A stretch of 63,950 nt of DNA, counting the filler, from Octopus bimaculoides (lineage: Eukaryota): NCBI RefSeq assembly GCF_001194135.2. It is 7 parts of 7 records of this genome, joined end to end, with 100 filler letters (N's around TTAATTAATTAA, not from the genome) between each part and the next. Parts side by side here need not be neighbours in the genome. Positions count along the whole stretch, not along the records: positions 20,411 to 49,367 come from NC_068982.1; positions 49,468 to 55,497 come from NC_068992.1; 5 more parts are not named here. One strand, given 5' to 3'. Numbering within the stretch: position 1 is the first letter of the stretch; every line of letters begins with the position of its first letter. A program made the translations under genes and the position numbers. The notes below the pieces were generated by a model. That model did not search any database and was not told where the DNA came from. It saw only the letters and a list, made by a program, of their open reading frames with translations. Below are positions 37,233 to 50,671 of the stretch, one piece after another.

Positions 37233-38510
37233 AAACAATTGAACACTGAAGAAATCAGGAAAATGAAAGACAGAAACAAAAAGAAAAGCGAAGAATTTGA
37301 TCAAATATATTGCTACAAGTGTGTGTGCGTGTGTGTGTGTGTACGTGTGCGTGCGTGCGTATGTGTGTGTATGTGTCTGTGTATGTGTGTGTGTGAATGT
37401 GTCGATATTTTACTCACATTTTGTTAGTTGTGGTATGATGTGACATGGTTTATATATATATATACATATATATATGTATTGTATATAAGTATGAAAGTAT
37501 ATGTATTACACATTTCTATACCAAGAAGCAGTATTATATANNNNNNNNNNNNNNNNNNNNNNNNNNNNNNNNNNNNNNNNNNNNNNNNNNNNNNNNNNNN
37601 NNNNNNNNNNNNNNNNNNNNNNNNNNNNNNNNNNNNNNNNNNNNNNNNNNNNNNNNNNNNNNNNNNNNNNNNNNNNNNNNNNNNNNNNNNNNNNNNNNNN
37701 NNNNNNNNNNNNNNNNNNNNNNNNNNNNNNNNNNNNNNNNNNNNNNNNNNNNNNNNNNNNNNNNNNNNNNNNNNNNNNNNNNNNNNNNNNNNNNNNNNNN
37801 NNNNNNNNNNNNNNNNNNNNNNNNNNNNNNNNNNNNNNNNNNNNNNNNNNNNNNNNNNNNNNNNNNNNNNNNNNNNNNNNNNNNNNNNNNNNNNNNNNNN
37901 NNNNNNNNNNNNNNNNNNNNNNNNNNNNNNNNNNNNNNNNNNNNNNNNNNNNNNNNNNNNNNNNNNNNNNNNNNNNNNNNNNNNNNNNNNNNNNNNNNNN
38001 NNNNNNNNNNNNNNNNNNNNNNNNNNNNNNNNNNNNNNNNNNNNNNNNNNNNNNNNNNNNNNNNNNNNNNNNNNNNNNNNNNNNNNNNNNNNNNNNNNNN
38101 NNNNNNNNNNNNNNNNNNNNNNNNNNNNNNNNNNNNNNNNNNNNNNNATATATATGTATATATATATATATAGTATGTCCTATGAACTACTATAAGAATT
38201 AAATTATTTAATACTAGTAGGAATCCTAAGATACTTTTTTCACACAAGCAGTATGCATAAATACCATGCATGTGTTTGTGTGCGTTTCCAGGGTGTATAT
38301 GTATGTTTTTGTGAGTGTATATATTTCAAAACATACATATTTCGGTGTATTAATACGCGGAAAATGTGTGATATGTGGTATATATATACATGTATGGTGT
38401 ATGAAGTACACATGTCTGTGATATGATGCATCTCCAATTGGGATATGTGACATATGATATATTATTTATATCACACTTTATTATATATAAATATCTATAT
38501 ACGTATATAT

Positions 38511-38567
<57 letters not shown>

Positions 38568-40012
38568 NNNNNNNNNNNNNNNNNNNNNNNNNNNNNNNNN
38601 NNNNNNNNNNNNNNNNNNNNNNNNNNNNNNNNNNNNNNNNNNNNNNNNNNNNNNNNNNNNNNNNNNNNNNNNNNNNNNNNNNNNNNNNNNNNNNNNNNNN
38701 NNNNNNNNNNNNNNNNNNNNNNNNNNNNNNNNNNNNNNNNNNNNNNNNNNNNNNNNNNNNNNNNNNNNNNNNNNNNNNNNNNNNNNNNNNNNNNNNNNNN
38801 NNNNNNNNNNNNNNNNNNNNNNNNNNNNNNNNNNNNNNNNNNNNNNNNNNNNNNNNGCTGCCGTCCAACGACTATAACTAACTGAAACATGAAAAACAAA
38901 GTGCATGTGCGAATTTCTTGTTCCAACAATAAAAGATATAGAATATATATCTAAAAATACATACTTACAGCATTGCTTAAAATGTATGAATCTGATTGAA
39001 AATCTGTAAATACGAAGTTGTGTTTAAACATGTTATGCTTGTGTTTAGGATATTTTAAAGCGAGTTCTTGTTTTTAAGAGTAATGAATGTGTTAACGTAC
39101 TGAACACCATGAATGACTGATTGCGAAAGAGACATCGTAACGTATATATGTGTGTGCGTGTGTGTATAATGCATGTGGGTATGTACGAGTGTGTGTAATA
39201 TATAGGCATGTGTATATTTATGTATATATGTATGCATGTGGACTGGGTTTATTTGTATGTAAATATGTATATGTTCATGGCGTGTGTGAACGAATGTTTA
39301 TGCTTTTGTTTCCGTCTTCGCTTGTTTCTCTGCGTGTGAAATGCTTTCTCTGTGGTTAATGTCAAATGTTGCTGTTTATATTCTAAAACCATAATAAAAC
39401 AATATGTCATTCAGAATTCTTCAATTAATTGCCCAAACAGTTGAAAAATACATAATGGCTATTGCCAATCTACTGGAGCAGAAGAAAAAACTAACCTTAT
39501 ATTCCAGAGTCCTACTTGTCACACAAGTGACTTCGTCTGAGACTATTTTAAAACCTGAAGCGAATACATCATGGAAGAGTCGTTTCATAACCCACAAATC
39601 TGTTAAATTTATTTATATTTAAATTTATTTCATGTAGTGATAGACAAGATTATTGTTGCACAACTTGCACGATCTGCCGATACAGTGAGTGTGTGTCGAT
39701 GTTGAGTTCAGAACTGTGCGACAAAGAGCGTATTTTGTTTAAGTTTTCATGAAATATATTGAAATTCAAAATAAAAATAACAGATTTGCGTTGTTATTAA
39801 ATTGTAGTCTTGCAAGATGTAGCTAAATTTATGTCTTTTGAGGATTTCAAGTGAGATTTAAGTTTAAGACATAAAATTGTAAAATTATTTAATAGAAAAA
39901 AGATGAGAAACAGACAAAAAATATCAAAAGCAAATACGAAGATAAAAAAACTGTACTTTTACACTGTTATTTAGCATTGGTGAGATATGCTTCACTCGTT
40001 CAATAATTCATT

Positions 40013-40014
<2 letters not shown>

Positions 40015-40098
<84 letters not shown>

Positions 40099-40114
40099 NN
40101 NNNNNNNNTATATG

Positions 40115-40173
<59 letters not shown>

Positions 40174-40397
40174 GTATATGTATGTGTGTATGGATATATA
40201 TTTATGTATATGCATATACATACATCACTTACATACACATACATATACACATATACGTACACATATATATAATATAATATATACATGCACATATATATAT
40301 ATAAATATATATATACATATATGTATATATATATGTGTGTGTATATATCTATATATCTATATATCTATATATATGTGTGTGTATATATCTATATATA

Positions 40398-40452
<55 letters not shown>
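40015..40452. repeat. Long compound (TA)n/(TG)n microsatellite; representative of dozens of TA, CA, GA, TATG, TAGA and ATT tracts in the window
   Basis: Read directly. Confidence 0.9.
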
Positions 40453-40455
<3 letters not shown>

Positions 40456-41145
40456 TACGCTTCCGATCTTCCGGCAACTCATGATCCAGACATAGTTATG
40501 TAAGGACACTTAAATTTCTTGTGCTCATTTTTAATAACTTTATTCCTACCAAGTCTTCATGACACACTTGTTTATTCACTAGTAACCTATAATGAAGGCA
40601 GAAATACTCTCTCTAGCTCTAACTATGGTAATATGGAAGTGTAAATGCTTAAAACTAAAACTAAAGCATCACATGCTAACCTTCTAAAGATCCTCTCTCA
40701 AATGTAGCAGAGCAGAGTATGTTAATGGAAAACTTATCTGCAATGCATAGAATACAATCTCACAGAATAACGGAGTAAAAAGTGAATATACGCCTCTCAG
40801 AGATACGTTTCCAATGAAGAGGCCTAGTGGTTAGAAGGTTAGCACTTGCACCTTCGTATTATTATAATGGAAAGAATGGAAGAATGCTTTCAACTTTATA
40901 GCATGCTGCTTCTAATGAATAAATAAAGATCAGTCATGAGGATTTAGTAGCTGAAAATTTATTACTCAGAATTATTATCACATGACTTTTTTCAATGCTG
41001 CGAAATAAATAATCCAGTACAAGTGTGTAACCAAGTATACCGGCAAATTGGTAAATTAGTAGTGTGCCTGCACTTACATACAGCATACATGCATACATAT
41101 TGTAACTATATAGTCGTTTTTGTGGTTGTCATCATCATCACCTTC

Positions 41146-41198
<53 letters not shown>

Positions 41199-41264
41199 CA
41201 TCATCATCATCATTATCATCATCATCATCATCATCATCATTATAATTATTATCATTAAGTGGTG

Positions 41265-41658
41265 ACCTGGTAGAGTCATTATAGCGCTGGACAAAATACT
41301 TAGCCGCATTTCCTCCTGCTCTATGCTTTCTCAGTTCAAATCCCGCCGAGGTTGTCTTTTCTTCTCATCCTTTCATCCAGAAAGGATGAGAAGCAGTAAG
41401 AATTAATATAATCATTATTATTAAGGCAGCAAGCTAACAGAAACGTTGGCGCGTCAGAAAAAATGCTTAACGCCATTTCGTCCGGCTCGTTATGTTCTGA
41501 GTTCAAATCTTGCTCAGATTTACTTCACCTTCCACTATTTCGGGGGTCAATAAAAGAATTACCTGTTCGGAACTGGGGTTGATATAATCGGCAGTACCCC
41601 TCGGGCAAAGTTTCAAACTATGTGCCTAAATAGAAAGGATTATTATTATTATTATCAT

Positions 41659-41696
<38 letters not shown>

Positions 41697-41912
41697 AGGC
41701 GACGAGCTAGCAGAATTGTTAGGTTAGCACGCCCGGCAAAATGCTTGGCAGTATTTCATCTGTCTGTACGTTCTGAGTTCAAATTCCGCTGAAGTCGGCT
41801 GTCTTTCATCCTTTTGGGATCGATATAATAAGTACTAGCAAGCACTGGAGTCGATGTAATTAACTTAACCCTCCCCCGAAATTGCTGGCCTTGTGACAAA
41901 ATGTGAAATCAT
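41265..41912 (+). mobile_element. Cluster of three family A SINE copies or fragments separated by ATT/TAG repeats
   Basis: Family A motifs at about 41265-41380, 41425-41640 and 41698-41912. Confidence 0.75.
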
Positions 41913-42239
41913 TGTTGTTGTTGCTGTCGTCGTCGTCGTCGTCGTCGTCGCTGCTGTTGACATACGTTCGGATTTTGCTTTGTGTTTATACAAGTTAACT
42001 CCAAGTCTCATCGAGAGACATCAATAAACAAGTTAGAAATTCAGGTCAGTATTATAATTAGGGTGGTTGATAACTGCCATGTTTTTAGATTTTTACATAG
42101 GATTGTTCTAGAGGATGTCTGTCAAACCATAAGAAAATTAAAAGTTTGTTTTAAAAGTAATTTGGTGATAAGATGATAGCGTGATCTTAAGATGACAGTA
42201 AAAAGTGTTTGCTATTATGTACATTTAAAAGTAGTTTTG

Positions 42240-43130
42240 CTACGTTTACGTCTTCAAATGTATATTAATCTTTAGAATTGCATAGTCAGTATTTTCCGTA
42301 GGATATGACCAGTTCTCATGAGAACTGTTTTTTGAATTTCTTCCATTCTGAATTTCCTGAAATCTGAAACAGGTAACGATCAGGTAACTATCAGCCCTTT
42401 TTGCTATTATTCCTAGAGCACCTATGACAACAGGTATTGTTCTAGTATTGTTCGAGGTTTCCACATTTTGCCGATTTCTTTTATACTCACTTGGATTTTG
42501 GTAGGTCTTCACAGATACGTTTATGTCGATTCGGATGGTCATATTGATGAGGAGGCATAATTTTTGTCTGAAATCCTTCAATATAATGTTTGGCCTATTT
42601 GCATCTATCTTTCTGTCAGTTTGAACAGAAAAATTCCATAGAAGTGAGATATGATCATTTTCAAGTATTGGAAATGTTTTGTGTTCTCACCAGTTTTTTC
42701 CTCTTGGGACAAGTCCAGATCCTTGCAAATTTACCAGTGAGCATATTGTGCCGCTCTATCATGCTTGTTGAGATACTCTGAGGGCGCAAGAAGGAGCCAC
42801 AGGGAAACAGTATGATCAATAGTTTCAGTCTGTTGTTTATATACATGACATGTTGGGTTGATGTTGTTAATATGATGGCCTGTTGTTAATATGATGGCCA
42901 GAAGACACTAACCCTCGATCGGTAAGAGCTTTGTCAAAATCAGTATTGTTAGCTCTCTTTGGGTATTTGCCATTGAGTGAGTTTTCTTGCCATTTATCAG
43001 TGAGAATATTTAAACCAGCGTTTTTAGCAAGCGTTTCATACGTTTAGCTTTTTCTGTGCTTGTTCTGTGCTTATAAGCCTTGTAATTGCTGGTCATTTTT
43101 TGCAAAGAGCTTTAAATCATCCATGTAGAA
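42240..43130 (-). mobile_element. RLE-type non-LTR retrotransposon fragment (zinc knuckle and RLE), degraded
   Basis: Frameshifted reading: DKWQENSLNGKYP; PTC..ETIDH...EY..KHD...HW; LLWNFSVQTDRKIDANRPNIILKD...CLLINM; TIPVVIGALG. A 19-bp local tandem duplication lies at about 42863-42900. Confidence 0.75.
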
Positions 43131-43255
43131 ACGATGATTTACAGTTTTACCAGAAATTTCATTGGCACATTGTGCTTCATTGAGCAATTTGGGAAGAGGA
43201 GTGGTGATAGATATTCACCCTGGAAAATACCACATTATTATTATTATTATTATTA

Positions 43256-43322
<67 letters not shown>

Positions 43323-43335
43323 CATCATCATCATT

Positions 43336-43373
<38 letters not shown>

Positions 43374-43414
43374 TATCATCATCGTCCTCATCATCATCAT
43401 CGTCGTCATTATTA

Positions 43415-43920
43415 TGTGATGAAAACTCAGCTTATTTTGCTGGGTATGATGGAAAGTGTCAGCTGTCCACAGCCCGCAGACTGAGGTGACACTTGTTTAC
43501 TGGTCGTGCTTCAAGAACCCTGCAAAGAACTACCTTCACACTTGCACCGATCTTTTTCAGTCATGTTGGTAGTTCAGTGCTGATACTTCCAAATGCTCCA
43601 ATTACTATTGCTAACACGTCTACTCTCCTCATTGACCACAGCCTTCGTATTTCCCACTACAAATCGTCATAGTTGCTTATTTTTTCTTCTTTCTCATTGA
43701 TCCTGTTGTCACCGGGGTATGCTATGTCGATTATCATGCATGTTCTTTCTTTTTTATTCACCACAACAATGTCCTGTTTCCGATACTTGGTCAGGTGGTC
43801 GCACTGAATCATTGTATCCCACAGGATTTTGTAATTCTCATTCTCGATAACTCTTTCTGGGGTTTGCCCATACCACGTCTTTGCTCTTTGTAGGCCGTGA
43901 TTTCCACGAGTTCCCAATGG
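43415..43920 (-). mobile_element. 5'-truncated RLE-type non-LTR retrotransposon (R4/Dong-like): restriction-like endonuclease and 3'UTR
   Basis: PERVIENENYKILWDTMIQCD...DIVVVNKKERTCMIIDIAYPGD...EKEEKI..Y..L*WEIRRLW...IVIGAFG; the 3' end runs into a (TAA/TGA)n tract (43235-43414). Confidence 0.85.
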
Positions 43921-43926
43921 ATCATT

Positions 43927-44108
43927 GAGTTAGTTATGTCCGTTTAAATAGGTTCTAAATTCAAATAGCTTGGAAGTCGACTTTGATCCCATCACATAAT
44001 TCTAATTTAAGCACAAATCCAACAATTTTGAATCACTGTGTGATGGGAGTCAAGTGGACTTCCACACTATTCGAATTTAGAACCTATTTAAACGGACATA
44101 ACTAACTC
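43927..44108. repeat. About 70-bp inverted repeat with 42-bp spacer (foldback/MITE-like)
   Basis: Arms 43927-43996 and 44039-44108; the outer 36 bp are perfectly complementary; CATT lies directly on both sides. Confidence 0.85.
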
Positions 44109-44160
44109 CATTAAAGCTTTTTATCCGACATTCTGAAAATTGTCAAAATTGGCCTAGACA

Positions 44161-44530
44161 TTTATCTTTTACTTGTTTCTGTCATTTGACTGAAACCATG
44201 CTAGGGCAACGCTCTGAAGGGCTTTAGTCAAACAAATCGCCCCCAAGGTTTTTCTTTTTAAGCCTAGTACACCAACAAAGGTGGTTAAGTGGTGGTGAGA
44301 CAAATACGGACACAAAGACGCACACACACATACATACATACATACATACATACATACATACATACATACATACAACGGAGTTCTTTCAGTTTCCGTCTAC
44401 CAAATCCAAATCCTCTCACAAGGTTTTAGTCGGCCCGAGGCTATAGTAGAAAACACTTACCCAAGGTCCCACGCTGCGAGAGTGAAGCCGGTTGGGAAGC
44501 AAGCTTCCTACTACACAGCCACGGTCGTGC
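44161..44530 (-). mobile_element. tRNA-derived SINE, family B, diverged
   Basis: Reverse-complement match to family B (cggcccgaggctatagtag, ttcagtttccgtctacc, gtcatttgactg). Confidence 0.8.
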
Positions 44531-45069
44531 GTGTCCATACAGTCACGCCTACGCCTATTTATATGAAAAAAATCTGATGGCCAAATGCTAAAACCTGTTT
44601 TAAAGCACGAAACCAAGAAACCCCTTATTCAGTTGCAAAAGAGGCAATACCGTGACTTACAACACTACACATTCCCCAAAAATAACTCTACTAGGAACAG
44701 CCATATCTTGCGCAAGACACTATCAATTCAACAGAATAGCTCAAATAGGACAACTTCTGCACACAACACACACCTTATGCAAGAAGCACCTCATAATCTA
44801 AACTATACAAGTTTAAGACCAATAGAAAAATATAACTCGCATTACACACCACGCACAACAGAACATACCTTAATATAACAAGAAACAAGAAACTAAACAC
44901 CATAACAAAACAAACTGTTTCACTACACCAATTGCAGAAGTTGATATTTCCGCCAAATAAGAACAAACTGCTGCATACCCCTCAGGAACATGAAGGTGCA
45001 CTAGGTGGTGCAGCAGAAACTCGCCTGAAACTACCGAAGAAAAGATTTTTATAATGATAATAATAATCT

Positions 45070-45235
45070 TTTCTACTATAGGCACAAGGCCTGAAATTTT
45101 GGGGGTTTGACCTTATCCATTAAGTCGGCCCCAGTTCTCAACTGCTACTTATTTTATCGATCTAGAAAGGATGAAAATGAAGTCGATCTCGGTGGGATTT
45201 GAACTCTGAACGTAAGACGGACGAAATGCATTAGG
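45070..45235 (-). mobile_element. Family A SINE fragment
   Basis: actataggcacaaggcctgaaattt...ttttatcga...gaaaggatgaaa..gtcga..tttgaactctgaacgtaa. Confidence 0.75.
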
Positions 45236-45259
45236 CATAATAACTCTCCCTAGACACAA

Positions 45260-45345
<86 letters not shown>

Positions 45346-45384
45346 TGATGATGATGATGATGATAATAATGATAATAATTCCCC

Positions 45385-45950
45385 GATGCAGTACTAGGCA
45401 ATGCCCTAATGTAATACTGGCCAATACCCTGATGCAATACAAGGCAATGCCCTGATGCAATACTAGTAAATGTCCTGATATAATTCTAGGCAGTCGTTCT
45501 CATAGCTTCTGATCTTAACTGATTGGAAGCGTTATCCTGTACATGTTTTGTTTTGGTATAAAAGATGGGCTACAGCAAATATTCAACTCAGTACCACAGA
45601 TTTGCGTGTCAGTTGTTTGACCTTAACTAGTTGAGCATGTCCCTAAGTAGCTGGCGATAAGTGCATCTCTGATCACAAGCAAGAATAATGGGGGAGCATC
45701 ATAGCCATGTGTTGGAAAGGATTCTTTGGAGCTTGAATAATTCACCTCTGAAAACATGGGTGTTTTACTCATCATCCTTTTCACAAGCTTTATTGAGGGA
45801 CATTTTGTGCGGTATGAACTACTCGACCTGAGAAGAATTCTGACTGGGCCCCACCTCCAAGATCATGTGCTGTCTTTCTTGATATGAGGTCACCATATCG
45901 CGCACATATAGTTGTGATGTATGTGCCTGACTTACACTTATCAGAGAGCT
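45385..45950. repeat. Interspersed repeat starting with about five degenerate 23-bp tandem units; a related copy lies inverted at about 8860-9060
   Basis: Units gatgca(a/g)tactaggcaatgccct at 45385-45494; cagcaaatatt..ctc.gtaccacagattt matches 8995-9025 in reverse. Confidence 0.6.
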
Positions 45951-46045
45951 AGTCATGATGGGTATATTGGATTTCATATATTTGTAACCCAACGTCACTT
46001 TGATGGCGTGTACTGCTGTCTCGCCTAATAATAATAATAATAATA

Positions 46046-46083
<38 letters not shown>

Positions 46084-46239
46084 CATTATTATTATTATTA
46101 TCATTAGTATTATCATTAGTATTGTTATTATTATTATTACAATAATAATAATAACAATAGATAAGACGATGGGCACGATGCGATCGCGCTCTTCGTCTTG
46201 TCTGTTTACCCTTGTGAAGAGTTACGTCAATCCTTTTAA

Positions 46240-46295
<56 letters not shown>

Positions 46296-47682
46296 TAATA
46301 ATAATAATTTCTGTTATTGGCCTTAAGGACCCAAGACATGGATGACAATATCGAAGGACGAGTTAGAGCACACAAAAACAAAACAAAAGCAAAAAATACA
46401 AAACAGGTGGCGTTTACATCAATCAAAGAGAGATAATACCACATTACAGGATATAATAGAGGATATATAGTAGAAATTAGAGAAACAAATAAATACATAA
46501 AAGTCCCAATAGCGGGACGGTCCACTTAGGGTAATTCGTGTTAAATTCCACGTAAAAATCCTGGATTATTCTATCATTCCCAAGGCATGGGAAAGTGCCC
46601 TCTTCCAGTTTCTTTCCTACTGCTTAGAAAAGCACACTCAGAGCCGGTCCATTCGGTCTCACCACCCTTGCCACTGTCGACCACTTTTTGATAAACAGAC
46701 TAGAAGGCAGCACCTCCCACTCTACCTTCACCTTCTTCTTCAAATGATATTTGAAGCTATTATTAAGTGCATTTTTCGACTTCATAAATGTTTTCGTTCT
46801 TTTCTTTAAAATAGAAAACTTCTTCACATCCAGCAATCAAAATATACATACATACATACATACATACATACATAAATACATACATACATACACATACATA
46901 CATATATNNNNNNNNNNNNNNNNNNNNNNNNNNNNNNNNNNNNNNNNNNNNNNNNNNNNNNNNNNNNNNNNNNNNNNNNNNNNNNNNNNNNNNNNNNNNN
47001 NNNNNNNNNNNNNNNNNNNNNNNNNNNNNNNNNNNNNNNNNNNNNNNNNNNNNNNNNNNNNNNNNNNNNNNNNNNNNNNNNNNNNNNNNNNNNNNNNNNN
47101 NNNNNNNNNNNNNNNNNNNNNNNNNNNNNNNNNNNNNNNNNNNNNNNNNNNNNNNNNNNNNNNNNNNNNNNNNNNNNNNNNNNNNNNNNNNNNNNNNNNN
47201 NNNNNNNNNNNNNNNNNNNNNNNNNNNNNNNNNNNNNNNNNNNNNNNNNNNNNNNNNNNNNNNNNNNNNNNNNNNNNNNNNNNNNNNNNNNNNNNNNNNN
47301 NNNNNNNNNNNNNNNNNNNNNNNNNNNNNNNNNNNNNNNNNNNNNNNNNNNNNNNNNNNNNNNNNNNNNNNNNNNNNNNNNNNNNNNNNNNNNNNNNNNN
47401 NNNNNNNNNNNNNNNNNNNNNNNNNNNNNNNNNNNNNNNNNNNNNNNNNNNNNNNNNNNNNNNNNNNNNNNNNNNNNNNNNNNNNNNNNNNNNNNNNNNN
47501 NNNNNNNNNNNNNNNNNNNNNNNNNNNNNNNNNNNNNNNNNNNNNNNNNNNNNNNNNNNNNNNNNNNNNNNNNNNNNNNNNNNNNNNNNNNNNNNNNNNN
47601 NNNNNNNNNNNNNNNNNNNNNNNNNNNNNNNNNNNNNNNNNNNNNNNNNNNNNNNNNNNNNNNNNNNNNNNNNNNNNNNNNN

Positions 47683-47724
<42 letters not shown>

Positions 47725-47726
<2 letters not shown>

Positions 47727-49260
47727 GGATAGGGCATATTATCCCTTCCTTCAGTTTGTCTGGGAGCTTACCACTTGCAAGGAAGCTCTGGAAGAGAAAC
47801 TGCAGTTGTTTTCTAAGAGCTCGCTTGCATGATTTGAGTAGGGTTTGACTTGATATTTTCTATAACCCAAGCTTCTTTATTTGCTCTCTCCTTTTCATGA
47901 GACTGATGCAGACGTTTCTCAATTTCCAAAGCACTCTCTCCAGACGAGACTTCTCGCCACTTTTGCGATGCTTGCTCAGGCGGTTCGCAATCTTTGTCAG
48001 TCTCATAAGAATCTTCCTTTCCCTGGGGATCCTGTTTTTGTGTATGTTGGCCTCGCACAATGGGACAGATTTGTCAAAAATGACTTGTATTATGGGCATA
48101 AAATGTTTGTTTCATGTCAATGTAGAGAGACATTTAGGCCAATCTCTTTCTCAATCAGCTTCCAATTTGCTTTGTAAAAGTTTAGTTTGGATAGATTTTG
48201 GGTGCTTCGTATAGGCAGTATGTCTGCTGGAGCTTTTAGTCCATATATAGACAACTCTATTATATTGTGATCCGAGATCAGCGTCGGTGTCACTTTAACA
48301 TTATGGATAATATCCATATTGTTTGTGAAGCAGAGATCCAGTATATTATTTACCCTGGTTGGTTGCAGCACGACATGTTCCATGAAAGAGGCATTGGTAA
48401 GGTGGAGCAGGGGCTCTACCTGTGCTTGCTGTTAGTGTGTCATTCCTAGGAGAATCTGACCCCCAGGCTATTCCATGTTTGGAAAGTTAAAGTCACCCAA
48501 AAGGAATACATTAATGTGTTGTTCCAGTTTAATGAGAACTCTTATCTTTGCTAGGCAGTCTTCAAATTTGCCTGTATGACTCGGAGCATCTGGTGGACGA
48601 TATGTAGTACATATAACAATATTAAGTTGTCTTATGCGTTCAATTTGAGTGTCACATACTGAATTAGAATATGACAGCAGGACCTGGGGCCTGAAGTCCT
48701 CTCGGATGTACACAACAACTCCACCATGGCTCCTCTCCTTTCTATCTGAGCGTATGACAACATATTGTGGTATATGTATTTCTGCATGCCCTATATCAGG
48801 TCCAAGATGTGTTTCTACAAGTGCCAGTCATACAGTTTGATTGCATGCTGCAAGGTCTCTCAGGAATGAGATTTTTAATTTACAGTTGCCATGCAACAGC
48901 CCTCCTACATTCAGAAAAAATATCTTTGTGATGGATGTGTTGATGTTAGTGGTGGCCATCCTGTATCTGTTGTTGGTGGTGGCCTTGTGTGGTGGTGGCC
49001 GTGGTTCCATGCTTGGGTTTGAAGCCAGGTCAATTGCTGGACAATCTTTTGTGCCATGCACAAAAAAAGATTGCTGTTCAGCTGTCACCCTTTTCACACA
49101 TGGGTGAAGCTGGCCGTTTGCTGGGCCGCGCACTACATTTGCATATCGTCTTTCGGAAGTAAACAGTGCTATATTTACTTCTTTGGTGCCTTTGGAAGGG
49201 AGTGTTGTCTGGGGCCCATGTTGCTTTGGCAGGGAATCTGGTAGCAAAGTGAAAGTTTGC
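47725..49260 (-). mobile_element. CR1/L2-type LINE fragment: apurinic-like endonuclease domain and start of RT, with internal deletion
   Basis: Minus strand reads KIFFLNVGGL...V*LALVETHL...RSDR...GGVVVYIR...YRPP...GDFNFP...PTRVNNILDL...SDHN...KANW...IKSNP...FQSFLASGKLPDKLKEGIICPI. Stops and frameshifts present. Confidence 0.85.
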
Positions 49261-49281
49261 ACCATCATCACCGTACCATAG

Positions 49282-49315
<34 letters not shown>

Positions 49316-49467
49316 TTCATCTATTTATATATCTATATATATATATATACATACATATATACATGTANNNNNNNNNNNNNNNNNNNNNNNNNNNNNNNNN
49401 NNNNNNNNNNNTTAATTAATTAANNNNNNNNNNNNNNNNNNNNNNNNNNNNNNNNNNNNNNNNNNNN

Positions 49468-49527
<60 letters not shown>

Positions 49528-49528
<1 letters not shown>

Positions 49529-49738
49529 GACGGCGAGCTGGCAGAATCGTTAGCACGCCGGGCGAAATGCTTAGCGGTATTTCGTCCGTCTTTACGTTCT
49601 GAGTTCAAATTCCGCCGCGGTCGACTTTGCCTTCCGTCTTTATGGGGTCAATAAAATTAGTATCAGTTACGCATTGGGGTCGATGTAATCGACTAGCCTC
49701 CTTCCGCTAAAATTTCAGTTCTTATGCCTATAGTAAAA

Positions 49739-49779
<41 letters not shown>

Positions 49780-49832
49780 TACTATTATTACTATTACTAC
49801 TATTATTATTATTATCATTATTATTATTATTA

Positions 49833-49870
<38 letters not shown>

Positions 49871-50081
49871 AAAGCTGCGAGCTGACAGAGTCGCTTAGCA
49901 CGTCGGACAAAATGCTTCGAGGCATTTCTTAAGAAACTTTGAATTCAAAATCTGCGGAGGCCGACTTCACCAGTTATACTTTCGGGGTCGATAAAATAAA
50001 ATACCACTCAAGTGCTGGAGCATGTAATCGAGGAATCCTTTACCTTCACAAACTGCTGGCTCCGTGCCAGAATTTCAAACA

Positions 50082-50082
<1 letters not shown>
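49528..50082 (+). mobile_element. Two tandem family A SINEs separated and flanked by (TTA)n
   Basis: Heads at about 49528 and 49872; shared CTGAGTTCAAATTCCGCC and GGGGTCGAT...TAATCGA motifs. Confidence 0.85.
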
Positions 50083-50152
<70 letters not shown>

Positions 50153-50154
50153 CA

Positions 50155-50188
<34 letters not shown>

Positions 50189-50208
50189 CATTATTATCAT
50201 TATTATTA

Positions 50209-50272
<64 letters not shown>

Positions 50273-50284
50273 GGTTGGCTCAGG

Positions 50285-50671
50285 TTTGGTTTTATTCCTG
50301 GTAGGACTTATGTGGGTAGCGTGTAACCCTCCTGATATCCCTTGCTGTCCCTAAGAGACAAACTTTTTGTAGGAGCTCTACCAGGCATTTTATTGCAATT
50401 TCCTTCAGCCATTTGTCTATATTTTTACTTATTGTTACCAAGGCATCAACATACTGTTAGAAAAAAATTCCTGACATAGGACTACGAGAAGTAACCTTAG
50501 ATGCCAAGAACCTTCCGAAGAATCATAGCTATCCATGAAAATGCTGTTTCTTGGAGATGCACTAAATTAGGTTTTATGCCTATTTTCTACATCTATCTGT
50601 TCAAATCTATAGGAATAGTTCCTAATGCACCTATAACTATAGGGATACATTTTACCCGCACTACTTTCCAT
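50285..50671 (-). mobile_element. RLE-type non-LTR retrotransposon 3' end
   Basis: WKVVRVKCIPIVIGALGTIP...LQETA...ILRKVL; 3' end adjoins (TAA)n (50082-50271). Confidence 0.75.

Noticed and set aside
43134-43484. Poly-Tyr/His, poly-Ile, poly-Asp, poly-Met and HT/YI-repeat ORFs (also 7688-8424, 17580-18588, 29212-29524, 39987-40503, 50012-50354, 63482-63796)
   Set aside because: They are translations of microsatellites, with no splice or domain support.
45385-45494. Regularly spaced 23-bp repeats resembling a CRISPR array
   Set aside because: Contiguous degenerate tandem units with no unique spacers and no cas genes, in eukaryotic repeat context.
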